From assembly GCA_965203465.1 (NCBI GenBank), contig CBDBCR010000004.1, positions 1 to 64,000 of the forward strand: DNA of 64,000 nucleotides, written 5' to 3'. Source of the stretch: Nitrosopumilaceae archaeon (GTDB lineage: Archaea; Thermoproteota; Nitrososphaeria; Nitrososphaerales; Nitrosopumilaceae). Below, piece by piece: positions 61,917 through 64,000 of the stretch. The notes below the pieces were generated by a model, which did not search any database, was not told the origin of the DNA, and worked only from the letters and a program-made list of their open reading frames with translations. Within the stretch, counting starts at the first letter, position 1; each line of letters starts with the position of its first letter. Made by a program: the position numbers and the translations under genes.

Positions 61917-61968
61917 CGGGCCCCGCCCGGCCGCCTATCTTATTAAGATCGGCCCGCCGGCGCCGCGC

Positions 61969-63846
61969 GTGGATCTGCTCGAAAAGGCCATCGATCTCTC
62001 CCGCAAGGAAAAGTTCGGGGAGGCGATCGCCGCGTACCAAAAGGCCATCTCGGAGGATCCCGACGACGAGCGCCCGTACTGCGGCGCGATCCTCCTGCTC
62101 ATGACCACCAAGAGGCTCGACGAGGCCGGCGCGTGCATCGAAAGACTGATGCGGCGCCACCCCGAGGCCGCCTACCCCCACGGCGCCATGGGCTCCCTGA
62201 TGGAGATGCGCGGCAGGCCCGCCGAGGCGCTGCCCTTCTACGAAAAGATGATCGAGATGGACCCGGGCGAGGCGTTCGCGCGCCTCCACAAGGCCCAGAT
62301 AATGCTGAAAATGGGCGACAAGAAAAAGTACAAAGAGTGCGTCGCGGAACTGAAAAAAGCCGAGCCGCCGAGCGACTCGGCCGCCGAGGACAAGAAAAAG
62401 GCGCTCGACGCGCTGGAAAAAAAGTACGACGGCGATCCGACCGACCTGATGCCGTCGATGAAGGCCATGGCCGACGTTCTGCTCTACGGGCCGGGCGGGC
62501 GCGAGGAGCTCCAGCCGCTCTTCGAGCTGGCCCGATCCATGGAAAAAGGCGACGGGATCAAGGCCGTCAAATCGGCCCTGGACGACATGTTCCTGGGCCT
62601 GGATCCCGGGGAGGGCGGCCCCGCCGACGAAAAGATAGGCGAGGCCAACGCCCTGATCATGCGGGGCGAGGGCAAAAAGGCGGTCCCCCTCTACGAGGAG
62701 GCCGTCAAGCTGGACCAGGACGACGCGCGGGGGTACTGCGGCATGATAATCACGCTCATGATGATAGACAGGCAGAAAGAGGCCGAGGGGTGGGCGGAAA
62801 AGCTGGTCCGCATCAGGCCCGACGATGCCTACCCGCACGGCATCATGGGCTCGCTCATGGAGATATCCGGCCGGCCCGACGAGGCGCTTGCCTGCTACGA
62901 CAAGATGATCGAGATCGATCCGGGCGAGATGGCAGCGCGCCTCAAAAAGGCGCTCATACTGTTCGCCGGCGACAGGGACGACGAGGCCCAGAAATGCCTC
63001 GAAGAGGCGCTGGTCGCCGAGCCGTCCAGCGATTCGGGCGAGGACGTGCAGGATCTGATAGCCGACCTGCTGGACGACGACGACGAGATGGAAGAGGACG
63101 AAATCGCGGCCAATCCGGAGGTGGCGATACCGGGCATGGAAGAGATGGTGACGGTCCTGACCATGGGTGAAGACTTTGACGAAGACGACGAGGACGAAGA
63201 CTTTGACGATGAAGACGATGAAGACGACGAGGACGAAGACTTTGACGATGAAGACGAAGAGGACGACCTCGCGTTCGAAGTCGAGCAGCTGGTTTACCAC
63301 GCCAACAAGCTGGCAGACGGCGGGCGGTTCGCCGAGGCGGTCGCGCTGCTAGACGACGCGCTGCAGCTCGATCCCGACTTTGCCGACGCGCACAGCATCA
63401 GGGCCATGATGATGGTGCAGCTGAAAAGGTACCGAGAGGCCGTCGAGTGCGTCGACGAGGTGCTCCGGCTGCGGCCCGACGACGTGGAGGACCTGGGCGT
63501 GAAGGGAATGCTGTTCGAGAAGATGGGCCGGCCCGAAGAGGCGATGGCCTGCTACGACCGGATAATCGAGGTCGAGCCCGGAGAGATCATGGCCTACTAC
63601 CTCAAATGCGGCATGCTGGCCGAAGGAGGCGAGGCGGGCGAGCTGGAAGAGTGCTACCGCGCGGCCATGGCGGCCGAGCCGTCGGACAGGGACGGGGCGC
63701 GCATGAAAAAGTCGATGCGCGGCGAATACCGCGAGCTGAAGCGTTGCGTAGCGAGGGACGGCCCGGAGCGCGGCCTCGAAAAATTCATGGCAAAGACGGG
63801 CGTCGCGGCAAAGCCAAAGTGGGGCAGGGCCGGCGACGGCCCCTAG
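61969..63846 (+). CDS. TPR-repeat protein (paralog 6) with duplicated N-terminal block and acidic tract
   Basis: GTG at 61969 after a TTATTAA box; two YCG-containing blocks; (EDFDxxD...)3 tract at 63169-63267. Confidence 0.88.
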   Translation: MDLLEKAIDLSRKEKFGEAIAAYQKAISEDPDDERPYCGAILLLMTTKRLDEAGACIERLMRRHPEAAYPHGAMGSLMEMRGRPAEALPFYEKMIEMDPGEAFARLHKAQIMLKMGDKKKYKECVAELKKAEPPSDSAAEDKKKALDALEKKYDGDPTDLMPSMKAMADVLLYGPGGREELQPLFELARSMEKGDGIKAVKSALDDMFLGLDPGEGGPADEKIGEANALIMRGEGKKAVPLYEEAVKLDQDDARGYCGMIITLMMIDRQKEAEGWAEKLVRIRPDDAYPHGIMGSLMEISGRPDEALACYDKMIEIDPGEMAARLKKALILFAGDRDDEAQKCLEEALVAEPSSDSGEDVQDLIADLLDDDDEMEEDEIAANPEVAIPGMEEMVTVLTMGEDFDEDDEDEDFDDEDDEDDEDEDFDDEDEEDDLAFEVEQLVYHANKLADGGRFAEAVALLDDALQLDPDFADAHSIRAMMMVQLKRYREAVECVDEVLRLRPDDVEDLGVKGMLFEKMGRPEEAMACYDRIIEVEPGEIMAYYLKCGMLAEGGEAGELEECYRAAMAAEPSDRDGARMKKSMRGEYRELKRCVARDGPERGLEKFMAKTGVAAKPKWGRAGDGP

Positions 63847-64000
63847 GATCCGGCAAAGCGCGGCGGGCGATCTTTTTTTCAGCGCCGGCGCCCGGCGCGC
63901 AGGCGGCCCGCCCGCCCGGCCCCGCGCGCGCGCCGGGAAGCGGGGGGCGCGCGGGCGCCTTCGCCGGCGCGGCCCCACTGCGGCCTCGCCGCCACGCCGC

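Overview
High-GC archaeal chromosome segment, most likely a Nitrososphaerota (Thaumarchaeota), Cenarchaeum-like lineage. The assignment is inferred from a DnaJ-ferredoxin fusion, an IPxWxKxNAxxW secreted-protein motif, the C-terminal domain of the giant surface protein, and TATA boxes about 26 bp upstream of GTG/TTG starts. The left part holds housekeeping and surface genes: a solute-binding protein, HIT, DnaJ-Fer, a 3709-aa surface protein, a RelE toxin-antitoxin pair, purC, a wHTH regulator and a sulfotransferase. From about 21.8 kb to the end is a defence/paralog island. It contains two distinct type I-G (I-U) effector modules (one bracketed by two copies of an 80-bp MITE), a mini-array, a main array of 53 complete repeats, cas2 and a cas4-cas1 fusion. 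It also contains a type IIG-like RM fusion, a second endonuclease+methyltransferase pair, six TPR paralogs, three SWIM-finger paralogs and two DUF1186/SEC-C paralogs. The most striking observation is two orphan sites far from the arrays (5305-5413 and 25372-25482). Each is an exact ~36-bp duplication around a ~36-bp insert (72-bp period) with the CRISPR repeat core G(G/A)GGCCG at repeat positions 9-15. This is the expected footprint of off-target Cas1-Cas2 spacer integration; one event disrupts an ATPase gene and one lies in the upstream region of the giant protein. All family names come from motif recognition by eye; no database search was run.
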